A program made the translations under genes and the position numbers. Shown in pieces: positions 32,072-39,944 of a stretch of DNA of 64,000 bases; the stretch's first letter is position 1, and every line of letters begins with the position of its first letter. The stretch is taken from NCBI GenBank assembly GCA_003213495.1, contig QCMW01000001.1, positions 926,704 to 990,703 of the forward strand, read 5' to 3'. Below the pieces are notes generated by a model, which worked only from the letters and a program-made list of their open reading frames with translations, made no database searches and was not told where the DNA came from. Origin of the DNA: SAR86 cluster bacterium AG-422-O05. Lineage in GTDB: Bacteria; Pseudomonadota; Gammaproteobacteria; Magnimaribacterales; D2472.

Positions 32072-34885
32072 ATGTTTAAAAAAGAGAATTATTTATTTGC
32101 AGTTCTTGCAGTAACTTTCGGCCTTTTTAATGCTGATTTGGTTGCTCAGGATGAGGCTGCAGATAATGTAGAAGAGGTTGTTATAACCGGTTCTAGAATA
32201 AAGAGAGATTCTTTAAATAGTGCTGCTCAGGTTACTACAATCACCAGTGAGGATATTGATGCATCTTCTGGTCTTATGACTGCTGACGTATTAAGAAACT
32301 CAATATATAACTCTTTTGGATCAACTGGACCTACAGCTGGTAGTAGCGCTATGAGTAACGCAACAATCAGTGTTAGAGGTTTAGGATCTGCTAGAACATT
32401 AGTCCTCATGGATGGAAGAAGAATGCCTGGTTCACCTCACTTAGGTGGATCTGGAGCTGTTAATATCAATATGATACCAACTGTTGCAGTTGATCGAATT
32501 GAGATTCTAGCTGATGGTGCTTCATCTGTTTATGGGTCTGATGCTATTGCTGGTGTTGTAAACGTTATAACAAAGAAAGGTTTCGACGGCGTTGAATTTA
32601 ATTTCAGACGTGGTGATAGAGACCGTGATGATGGTGAAGAAAATTCTGTATCATTCATTTATGGTGCTACCAACGATAAAGGTTATGTAACTATTATGGT
32701 TGAGCATGATGAAAGAGATGAAATTTATCTCAAAGATAGATGGTACACAATGGCTACTGCTGAAGACAGAGATGGCGATGGCGTAATTGACCTATATAGT
32801 GAAACTTATGGTTTAAGCTGGTACTCAAGAAACCTAGCTGATCCAGTCACTGGTGATATTATGGCTACTCCAACTTGTCCTGGTTCAATTGATAATCCAA
32901 CAGATGGATGGTGGGGACCAAACTTTGGTGGTGCTGCTTTTGGACAAGGTCCTACTTCAACACCTTCAAATGGTGGTGCAGCAAGAGGTATCTGCGGATA
33001 CGCTTGGGCTGACATCATGGTTCAAGATGCTGCTACTTTTAGAGACAGCATTACAACAAACTTTGAATACGCAATTAACGATCAGTTAAGTCTTTATTCA
33101 AGAATCAATTACTTAAGAAACGAGTCAACAGGTAGATATGCTCCTCCTGCTGCTAGATACCCAAGTATCGCAGTTGGTGATCCAGCTAACCCTTATGACG
33201 TTCCTGTAACTGGTTATTGGAGATGGACTGAAATTGGTAATCGTGGTATGCACCAAGTGGATACAGGTCACGATGCAGTATTCGAGTTAACATATCAAGT
33301 TAATGACGACGTAGAAGTTGTGTATGGTACACAAATTAATAAATTCTACGGCGTAGATGTTGGTAGATACTACTTAAGTTATGCAGGTTTAGACTCAAAC
33401 GTTCTAAACGATGAGCCATTTGGTTCAGAGGCTGGTGCTGCTGCTATGAGTGCTACTACATTAGTTGAATACACTAACCATTACGAAAAGAATGACGTAA
33501 CTGTGCAGATCGATAACATTATGGATCTCCCAGGTGGTTCAGTTTCTGCTTTATTCGGTATTGAAAACTTCACTAACGAATATTCAGCTGAATACGATAA
33601 GCATTCAGAAAATGGTTTAGTTGGTGGTTCAGCAGGTAACTCTGGTGCCGGTTATAGAGAAGTTGATTCAGTATTTGGTGAAATCTTACTTCCTGTAATG
33701 GACAACCTAGAAGTTACAGCATCATTCAGATCTGACGACTATTCAGACGTTGGTGAAAGTGATTCATTTAAATTAGGTGCATTATGGATTCCTATGGAAG
33801 GTACAATTGTTAAATTGAATACTGGTGAAGGTTTCAGAGCTCCTACAATGGATAACTTATATGGTGCAACTACATTTAGTGCAAACACTGTTTATGACTA
33901 TAAGGCTTGTGCTGCAACAGGAGTATCTCCTGCAGACTGTCCTTCTAAGCAGGTTTCAACATTAATTAAAGCTAATCCAAATCTTGGCGCTGAGTCTTCT
34001 GAAGGATTCACAATGAGCGTTGAGCAAGATATGGGTGTGCTTGTTGATGCATTAGATGGATTAAACATACGTTTTGATTATTATGAAATTACAGTAAGTG
34101 ACGCTATTGCAAGTATTTCTACACAAGATATTATGTGGAATGACTTTGTTGGCGGATCTGCACTTTCAAATAATGTAACATTCTTTAACGCTGATGGTAT
34201 TGCTGGTGACGGTACTGCTGCTGGTGCACCTGTTGGTACAGGTTCAGTTGGTGATGCATGTCCTGCTGGCGCTACTTATGTAAGAAGAGAAGGTAATGAC
34301 TCTTCAATCTACGTTATCAGATCATGTGCTAACGGTCGTGTTGACTATGTTGGTGCTGGATTCACTAACGTTGGTGAAATTGAAGTGGTTGGTTATGACT
34401 TATTCGTAAATTACACAAGAGACGTTGGTCCTGGTGTGATGAATGTTTCTGTTGACTATACAGACATGGATGAGTACAACACTGATGCGTTCACAGGTAG
34501 TTCTAAGAAAACTAACAATGTTGGTTTTGAAGGAGTTCCTGGAACAAGAAATAACATCAGTCTTTCTTATGCATGGGATAAATACAGCGTTGCTTTAACA
34601 CAAAGAAATATTGGTGACTTCAGATTAAGTTCTGATGCTGAAACTGATGCTTCTGGTAACCCAACTGGTGGTATTGTTAAGGCTGGCGGTACACAAGATG
34701 AGTACAGTGCTTTAGACCTACAAATCAAAGCTGATTTAGGTAAATACGGTGTTGTTACTTACGGTATGCTTAACGCTGAAGATGAGGATCCACTACCTAA
34801 CGCTAATGGAGACAGAGATGCATATCTAGGTCTTTATAGTAACCAAGGTTTGATTACTTATCTAAAATGGAATGTCGCATTCTAA
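32072..34885 (+). CDS. TonB-dependent receptor (TBDR-2)
   Basis: 937 aa. Signal peptide, TonB box EEVVITGSRIKR, plug motifs (RGLGSARTLVLMDGRRM, DRIEILADGASSVYGSDAIAGVVNVITK), and a terminal ..KWNVAF. Confidence 0.88.
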   Translation: MFKKENYLFAVLAVTFGLFNADLVAQDEAADNVEEVVITGSRIKRDSLNSAAQVTTITSEDIDASSGLMTADVLRNSIYNSFGSTGPTAGSSAMSNATISVRGLGSARTLVLMDGRRMPGSPHLGGSGAVNINMIPTVAVDRIEILADGASSVYGSDAIAGVVNVITKKGFDGVEFNFRRGDRDRDDGEENSVSFIYGATNDKGYVTIMVEHDERDEIYLKDRWYTMATAEDRDGDGVIDLYSETYGLSWYSRNLADPVTGDIMATPTCPGSIDNPTDGWWGPNFGGAAFGQGPTSTPSNGGAARGICGYAWADIMVQDAATFRDSITTNFEYAINDQLSLYSRINYLRNESTGRYAPPAARYPSIAVGDPANPYDVPVTGYWRWTEIGNRGMHQVDTGHDAVFELTYQVNDDVEVVYGTQINKFYGVDVGRYYLSYAGLDSNVLNDEPFGSEAGAAAMSATTLVEYTNHYEKNDVTVQIDNIMDLPGGSVSALFGIENFTNEYSAEYDKHSENGLVGGSAGNSGAGYREVDSVFGEILLPVMDNLEVTASFRSDDYSDVGESDSFKLGALWIPMEGTIVKLNTGEGFRAPTMDNLYGATTFSANTVYDYKACAATGVSPADCPSKQVSTLIKANPNLGAESSEGFTMSVEQDMGVLVDALDGLNIRFDYYEITVSDAIASISTQDIMWNDFVGGSALSNNVTFFNADGIAGDGTAAGAPVGTGSVGDACPAGATYVRREGNDSSIYVIRSCANGRVDYVGAGFTNVGEIEVVGYDLFVNYTRDVGPGVMNVSVDYTDMDEYNTDAFTGSSKKTNNVGFEGVPGTRNNISLSYAWDKYSVALTQRNIGDFRLSSDAETDASGNPTGGIVKAGGTQDEYSALDLQIKADLGKYGVVTYGMLNAEDEDPLPNANGDRDAYLGLYSNQGLITYLKWNVAF

Positions 34886-34905
34886 TTAATCATTGATTAA
34901 TATTT

Positions 34906-34932
34906 AAAGGCCGGTTTTACCGGCCTTTTTTT
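34906..34932 (+). terminator. rho-independent terminator after TBDR-2
   Basis: AAAGGCCGG / TTTTA loop / CCGGCCTTT followed by a T-run. Confidence 0.72.
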
Positions 34933-34960
34933 ATGGTTGTGATTTAAGTACAATGCAGAT

Positions 34961-35491
34961 ATGAAAAAAACAATATGCTTTATCTTCTTAGTTTCATCAT
35001 TTAGTACATTTCTTATTAGTGAGTGCTCTGCTCAAATGCTACAAGTAATGAAGCCAACTCACCCAGATACAGGCTATCAAGGATTTGCAACTGTAAAATT
35101 TAATATTAATAAAAAAGGGTTACCAAAAAAAATAAAAGCTATTAGATCAGTTTGTGCTGTAGGTAGAGATGAGAATGGAAAAATTATATTAAAAGATTGT
35201 CCTTTCTTTAAATCGAGTGCAGTTAATGCTGCAAAATATCTAAGATATAAACCACCTTCAGATGATATGGGCCTTTCTTGTGAAATAAAAGATACAACGT
35301 TTGAATATAAGTTTTCTCTTTATAACGTAAAACTTGATTATGATGATTTTATCATCAGAGATGATTATGCAAATAGAGATTCTGGTTTTTTAGAAACCAT
35401 GACAAATTACTCTATAAATCAAATTAATCTTATGGGAGAAAACCCACCGTTAACTCAAAAAGCAGCTGCGATTGAAAATGCAAAACCCTAA
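34961..35491 (+). CDS. secreted protein with a TonB-C-terminal-domain-like segment
   Basis: 176 aa with a signal peptide. P.HPDTGYQGFATVKFNINKKGLPKKIKAI.S....(insert)..FFKSSAVNAAKYLRYKPP...G......TFEYKFSL follows the TonB_C pattern (YP.....G.eG.V.v.f.i...G.v..v.v..S.....fd.aA..a....rf.P). It has no proline-rich spacer or ExbBD-interacting anchor. Confidence 0.35.
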   Translation: MKKTICFIFLVSSFSTFLISECSAQMLQVMKPTHPDTGYQGFATVKFNINKKGLPKKIKAIRSVCAVGRDENGKIILKDCPFFKSSAVNAAKYLRYKPPSDDMGLSCEIKDTTFEYKFSLYNVKLDYDDFIIRDDYANRDSGFLETMTNYSINQINLMGENPPLTQKAAAIENAKP

Positions 35492-35608
35492 AATTTTTAT
35501 AATTAGGTTTAAAAGAAAAGTATTTAGTTATTCTTCAAAGTTTTTTATCTTCTTTATGAATATTTATATCAAATCACAAGCTAAAAAATCCTAAATCTTT
35601 GTTAAAAA

Positions 35609-36577
35609 ATGTTAAAAATACTTTTATTGGCATCTTTAACTTTATCTAGTTTATTATTTGCGGAGTATACGAACTCAAATGGTAAGGCTCTTGAAAAACC
35701 ATTTAAGGATTTAGTCAGATGGGTAAGATCTGATGTTGAACCAAAGCTAGCACAAATTGATATTTCCTCTGATTGGCAAACTATTAATTTAAATGAATCA
35801 GATAATTATATTATTTGGATTGGACACTCAACTTTTTTAATAAAGAAAGAGGGTATAACTATTCTGACCGATCCAGTCTTTTCAGACAGAGCTTCACCTT
35901 TTAAAAGTATTGGGCCTGAAAGATTGATCCCACCAGCTATGAGCATTGATCAACTTCCAAAAATTGACTTTGTTACTGTTAGTCACAATCACTATGATCA
36001 TTTAGATATTAATTCACTTAAAGAGATTTCTAAATTACATCCTGAAGCAATATTTTTTGTTCCTATTGGAGATTTAAAACTTCTTAAAAGAAAAAGAATT
36101 AAAAATGCTTATGAATTTACCTGGTGGGAATCATATAGCTTAGAAGGACTAACATTAACTTTTACACCAGTTCAGCATTGGTCTAAAAGAGGGCTATTTG
36201 ATAGAAATAAAAGCTTGTGGGGTGGTTGGTATTTTAATTTTGATGATTACAGTATGTATCATGCTGGTGATACTGGTTATTCAAATGACTTTGTCGATAC
36301 AAGACTTAAATTAGGTGCGCCTAAATATGCATTTATACCAATAGGAGCTTATAACCCTGAATGGTTTATGGCAGAAAGTCATGTAAATCCAGAGGATGCT
36401 ATACAAGTTATGTTAGATCTAGAAGCTGAAAAAGCTTTTGGTATGCATTGGGGTACTTTTGCCTTGACGGATGAGGATACTCTTGAGCCACCTGTAAGGT
36501 TAAAAGAGGCTCTAAAATCTTTTAATTCGCCTGATTTTATATCATTGATACCTGGTAAAGTAATTGAAATAGAATAA
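35609..36577 (+). CDS. MBL-fold metallo-hydrolase (NAPE-PLD-like subgroup), exported
   Basis: 322 aa. Signal peptide, WIGHSTFLI, TDPVFS, VSHNHYDHLD, and YHAGDTGY. Confidence 0.7.
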   Translation: MLKILLLASLTLSSLLFAEYTNSNGKALEKPFKDLVRWVRSDVEPKLAQIDISSDWQTINLNESDNYIIWIGHSTFLIKKEGITILTDPVFSDRASPFKSIGPERLIPPAMSIDQLPKIDFVTVSHNHYDHLDINSLKEISKLHPEAIFFVPIGDLKLLKRKRIKNAYEFTWWESYSLEGLTLTFTPVQHWSKRGLFDRNKSLWGGWYFNFDDYSMYHAGDTGYSNDFVDTRLKLGAPKYAFIPIGAYNPEWFMAESHVNPEDAIQVMLDLEAEKAFGMHWGTFALTDEDTLEPPVRLKEALKSFNSPDFISLIPGKVIEIE

Positions 36578-36605
36578 CTAGTTAATTTTATAAAGTAGAT
36601 GTAGT

Positions 36606-36621
36606 TGCTTTTTAAAAAGCA
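36606..36621. repeat. perfect 16-bp palindrome TGCTTTTTAAAAAGCA
   Basis: Seen directly in the sequence, between the MBL hydrolase gene and the strong Shine-Dalgarno (AAAGGAGAT) of the 123-aa ORF. Confidence 0.6.
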
Positions 36622-36665
36622 TTAAATATACTAAATTTAATTAATTTTTTTAAAGGAGATACAAC

Positions 36666-37037
36666 ATGGATTTAAACAACCCAGATGGAACTGGTAATTT
36701 AACTATCACTAAAATGTCAATTGAATCAGATTCTGTTTCCTTTGATTACGAAGGAAAAGTTGAAGGTTATGGATCTGTATTTTGCTCTCATGTTATGTCA
36801 GCAGTTGATGGGGATAGAACACGAGGAGTAATGAGTGGTGAAGCAAGGACTTTCCTGGAAGACGGGACTTTTATTACAAGTCCTCACAGAGGTACATTTA
36901 AAAGAGATAAATCTAATATTAGATTATTTTTTACAGATGCTGTTAACAATGGAGCTGTTAATTTTGTGATATGGAACATAGATATTCTCTCTAAATCTGT
37001 AGAAGTAAAATATTGGGAAATAGATAAAGCTGATTAG
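36666..37037 (+). CDS. hypothetical soluble protein (123 aa)
   Basis: Strong Shine-Dalgarno AAAGGAG 7 nt upstream. No signal peptide and no family I recognise. Confidence 0.5.
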   Translation: MDLNNPDGTGNLTITKMSIESDSVSFDYEGKVEGYGSVFCSHVMSAVDGDRTRGVMSGEARTFLEDGTFITSPHRGTFKRDKSNIRLFFTDAVNNGAVNFVIWNIDILSKSVEVKYWEIDKAD

Positions 37038-37108
37038 AATAGAGTTTGTGCGTAAATTAAAATAATTTTATTTTAATATTAGTTTATCTACGCTCATTTA
37101 CAAAAAAC

Positions 37109-38119
37109 ATGACTAAATTCCTTTTATCATTGGCCGAATCAGGCCTTATTTCTGATACCTTAATAAAAATTGCTGTGAGATTTATTACCAACAATCGCTT
37201 AAAAGAATCGAACAATAAGGATGAAATTATCAGCGCGCTTTCTGATGGGGTTGTTGCTGAAAAAACTTACGACGCCAACGAGCAACATTATGAAGTTCCT
37301 CCGGAATTTTTTAACCAAGTTTTGGGAGCAAACCTAAAATATTCTTGTTCACTTTTTGAGAACGTAAATTCTTTAGATGAAGCAGAAAAATTGATGCTTG
37401 AGCTTTATATAGAAAGAGCTGATATTAAAAACGGTCATGAAATTCTTGACCTAGGCTGTGGGTGGGGTAGTTTTTCTCTTTATGTAGCTGAAAAGTATCC
37501 AGATACAAAAATTACATCAGTTAGTAATTCAACCGATCAAATTAGATATATTAAAAATGAAGCACAAAAAAGAGGCTTATCAAATATCAAAGCTTATAGA
37601 ATGGATGTTAATAACCTCGAATTAGATGCACAATTTGATCGAATTGTTTCAATAGAAATGTTTGAACATCTGAGGAACTATAAATTAATTTTAAATTCTC
37701 TTAACAATTTACTAAAACCTGATGGAAGATTATTTATTCATATTTTCTGCCATAAAAAGCTAACTTACTTTTATGAAATGAAAAATAATTTTGATTGGAT
37801 GACAAAGTATTTCTTTCAAGGTGGCATTATGCCTAGTAAAGATATTTTTGAGTACTTTGATGATGACTTAGAAATTATCAATCAATGGGATATCAATGGA
37901 AATCACTATTCAAAAACTTGTAAGGCTTGGCTAGATAATCATTATAAAAATAAGAAAAAAATATTAGATATATTTCAGAACCACTATGACAAACCCAAAA
38001 TCTGGTTTAACAGATGGAGAATCTTCTTTTTATCTTGTGAGGCTTTCTTTGCATTAAATAATGGCAAAGAATATTTTGTTTCTCATTATTTGTTAAGGAA
38101 AAATTCTGGTCGCGAATAA
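37109..38119 (+). CDS. cyclopropane-fatty-acyl-phospholipid synthase family (CMAS-type) SAM-dependent methyltransferase
   Basis: 336 aa. QHYEVP.EFF...LG..LKYSC.LF, motif I ILDLGCGWGS, SIEMFEH, and a C-terminal W..N.......W..FFL.CEA.F. Confidence 0.75.
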   Translation: MTKFLLSLAESGLISDTLIKIAVRFITNNRLKESNNKDEIISALSDGVVAEKTYDANEQHYEVPPEFFNQVLGANLKYSCSLFENVNSLDEAEKLMLELYIERADIKNGHEILDLGCGWGSFSLYVAEKYPDTKITSVSNSTDQIRYIKNEAQKRGLSNIKAYRMDVNNLELDAQFDRIVSIEMFEHLRNYKLILNSLNNLLKPDGRLFIHIFCHKKLTYFYEMKNNFDWMTKYFFQGGIMPSKDIFEYFDDDLEIINQWDINGNHYSKTCKAWLDNHYKNKKKILDIFQNHYDKPKIWFNRWRIFFLSCEAFFALNNGKEYFVSHYLLRKNSGRE

Positions 38120-38236
38120 CCCACCTAGTGTCGCTAGAAAGTACCTACGATTTAGACAAAACCAAGCCTACTAATATCTTCTATCTCTAATTCTATCTTT
38201 GGTAGTCTTATTATTATTTGGTTTATACTTTTAGCT

Positions 38237-38383
38237 ATGGAAATATTTGATTTAATATTTTGGGGTTTTCATATACTTGGATTTTACATCGGCATAAAAT
38301 TGGTTGAAAGTGGTTTTATTGACGGTACTTTATATTTAGTATTATGGGCGTTATATATTTTTTATAATTTTATTTGGAACTAG
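38237..38383 (+). CDS. possible 48-aa two-helix membrane peptide (MEIFDLIFWGFHILGFYIGIKLVESGFIDGTLYLVLWALYIFYNFIWN)
   Basis: Hand-translated ORF below the ORF-track cutoff, in otherwise unassigned DNA. Its stop codon lies inside the CTAGCTTCTTCCTAG motif. Confidence 0.25.
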   Translation: MEIFDLIFWGFHILGFYIGIKLVESGFIDGTLYLVLWALYIFYNFIWN

Positions 38384-38394
38384 CTTCTTCCTAG
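38380..38394. repeat. CTAGCTTCTTCCTAG motif, copy 1
   Basis: 14/15 identical to 39048-39062. Both copies sit at the 3' end of small plus-strand membrane-peptide ORFs. Confidence 0.6.
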
Positions 38395-38404
38395 TAACCC
38401 TTTT

Positions 38405-38704
38405 TCATAGTTTGCTTTGATAGGTTTCTTCATACTCTTTAATATAATCTTCCATATCGTTTATACAATATTCTAGTTCATCTATTTTTGATTGAATAAA
38501 TGTAATGAGTTTTTCAGACTTATTTTTAAAAACGCCATATTTTATATTTACAACATCATCATTACTAAGAAATTTTTTATCGCCATCTTTTTTTATATCT
38601 AAAACATCTTTTAATTCACTTTGTCTTTGTTCTAGCCATCTCTTGTGATCAGGTAAAATCTTGATATATTTTTTATAGCGTTTTTTGTGTTTAGGATTAA
38701 TCAT
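38405..38704 (-). CDS. hypothetical basic/coiled-coil protein (99 aa)
   Basis: ORF with a Lys-rich N-terminus and an acidic helical C-terminus. No family recognised. Confidence 0.4.
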   Translation of the reverse strand: MINPKHKKRYKKYIKILPDHKRWLEQRQSELKDVLDIKKDGDKKFLSNDDVVNIKYGVFKNKSEKLITFIQSKIDELEYCINDMEDYIKEYEETYQSKL

Positions 38705-38773
38705 TTCTAACTCTATCCTTATCTTATAACAAAATTATTTATCGTGCCTTAATAGGTTTGGTATGATTGGGGT

Positions 38774-39046
38774 ATGAATGATGATCCTTGGAATGTAAAA
38801 GAAAAAAAAGAACAAAAAAAAATTAAAGAGGAATTAGCATCAAAAAAAAAGAAAGGAATCCTAGCACAAAAGTTTGATAAGCTACCTCCACATGTAAAAG
38901 CTGTTCTTCAAGCTATGTTTGTTTTTGTAACTGCTCCTATAGCTCTTGTTGTAATAGTAATACTGATTAGAGATTATTTTTTTATAACTGTTTCAGTTGT
39001 TATTATTTTAATTGTTTATTTCATAGTAAAAAAAATTAGGGGATAG
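38774..39046 (+). CDS. hypothetical membrane protein (90 aa; Lys-rich N-terminus, two TM helices)
   Basis: ORF divergent from the 99-aa ORF. Hydrophobic segments AVLQAMFVFVTAPIALVVIVILI and ITVSVVIILIVYFIV. Confidence 0.4.
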   Translation: MNDDPWNVKEKKEQKKIKEELASKKKKGILAQKFDKLPPHVKAVLQAMFVFVTAPIALVVIVILIRDYFFITVSVVIILIVYFIVKKIRG

Positions 39047-39047
39047 T

Positions 39048-39062
39048 CTAGGTTCTTCCTAG
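39048..39062. repeat. CTAGGTTCTTCCTAG motif, copy 2
   Basis: 14/15 identical to 38380-38394. Confidence 0.6.
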
Positions 39063-39173
39063 CCACTTCCTTCGGGTAATTCGCGACTCCATTCTTTGTC
39101 TAGCGATAGAATCAAAAAAGCCATGTCATGTCCGAAACTTTGGTATAGTTATATAAAACCTTAAGTAAATAAT

Positions 39174-39614
39174 ATGAAAAAATTATTAGCAATTCTTCTT
39201 TTATCACCTTTAATACAATCGGAAATTATTGAATATTATTGTGAAATGGAAGCTTATGATTATTTAACTCTTAAAATAGATGATGATCCAAATAATAAAA
39301 GTTTTGTTATAGAAAATTCTGTTTCTATTGTAGATGTTGGTAATAAAAACTTTATTGCTGATGTAGATAACATCAAAATCATGCCAATAACAATTTTTGT
39401 TTTAAAAGAAAATAGTGATGTATATCTTGCTGAAATGTATGAATTTAATAGACTAACTAATGTTTTAATTTATGAAGTATTTGGGGACAATAGAATTGAA
39501 AAAAAGCTTCTAGAAGAATATAAAAGCTTTATTAAAAGCGACTCTAAAATAGGCGAAAAGGACGGGAACGCTAATTATTATTTATGCCAACCTATCAAAA
39601 GCAATAACCCTTAA
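39174..39614 (+). CDS. hypothetical secreted protein (146 aa)
   Basis: Signal peptide MKKLLAILLLSPLIQS and two Cys residues near the two ends. No family recognised. Confidence 0.45.
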   Translation: MKKLLAILLLSPLIQSEIIEYYCEMEAYDYLTLKIDDDPNNKSFVIENSVSIVDVGNKNFIADVDNIKIMPITIFVLKENSDVYLAEMYEFNRLTNVLIYEVFGDNRIEKKLLEEYKSFIKSDSKIGEKDGNANYYLCQPIKSNNP

Positions 39615-39632
39615 CTATAAGTATATAAAAAC

Positions 39633-39667
39633 GACAAGGCTAAGATAGGAGATTACTTAACCTTGTC
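39633..39667 (+). other. extended hairpin (GACAAGG-c-TAAG ... CTTA-a-CCTTGTC)
   Basis: 11 paired positions with one C/A mismatch and an 11-nt loop, 19 nt after the 146-aa ORF stop. No T-run follows. Confidence 0.4.
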
Positions 39668-39697
39668 TCATTTAGTGTTTCTGCAAAGAACTTATAA

Positions 39698-39722
39698 TCT
39701 CTAAGTGTTTTTTACTTAGAGA
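39698..39722. other. perfect 9-bp stem hairpin TCTCTAAGT-(GTTTTTT)-ACTTAGAGA
   Basis: Seen directly in the sequence. A TATAAT hexamer (39693-39698) abuts its 5' edge. Confidence 0.45.
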
Positions 39723-39867
39723 CTTCATTAACGAAACTGCATTGGGATCATTCTTCGCATACTTCTCAAAAATCTGAATGGAGAGTAATAAATTTAAAAG
39801 AGTATAATGAGATACAGGATTCGCTTCTGCATCTTCTTAATTCATCATGTACAATATCGTCTTCAAT

Positions 39868-39943
<76 letters not shown>

Positions 39944-39944
39944 T

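Noticed and set aside
37050-37095. All-A/T 22-bp near-palindrome (ATTAAAATAATTTTATTTTAAT) flanked by GCGTA...TACGC after the 123-aa ORF
   Set aside because: A pure A/T stem has negligible stability, the flanking 5-mers are asymmetrically placed, and such palindromes arise by chance in AT-rich spacers.
38110-39106. Paired 8-mers TCGCGAAT...TCGCTAGA (38110-38138) and ATTCGCGA...TCTAGCGA (39079-39106), which look like inverted repeats flanking the small-ORF islet
   Set aside because: Each 8-mer is individually reverse-complementary, but their order is not inverted, so they do not form a true terminal inverted repeat. The similarity reduces to the palindromic cores TCGCGA and CTAG. The left copy also lies partly inside the methyltransferase coding sequence.
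39071-39107. Weak resemblance of ...TTCGCGACTCCATTC... to the tRNA-Ala 3' end (CCCGCGTAGCTCCACCATT), which could be an att-site remnant bounding an integrated element
   Set aside because: The match needs several gaps and reaches only about 11 of 17 positions. There is no integrase or excisionase, and no second boundary. It is too degenerate to support.
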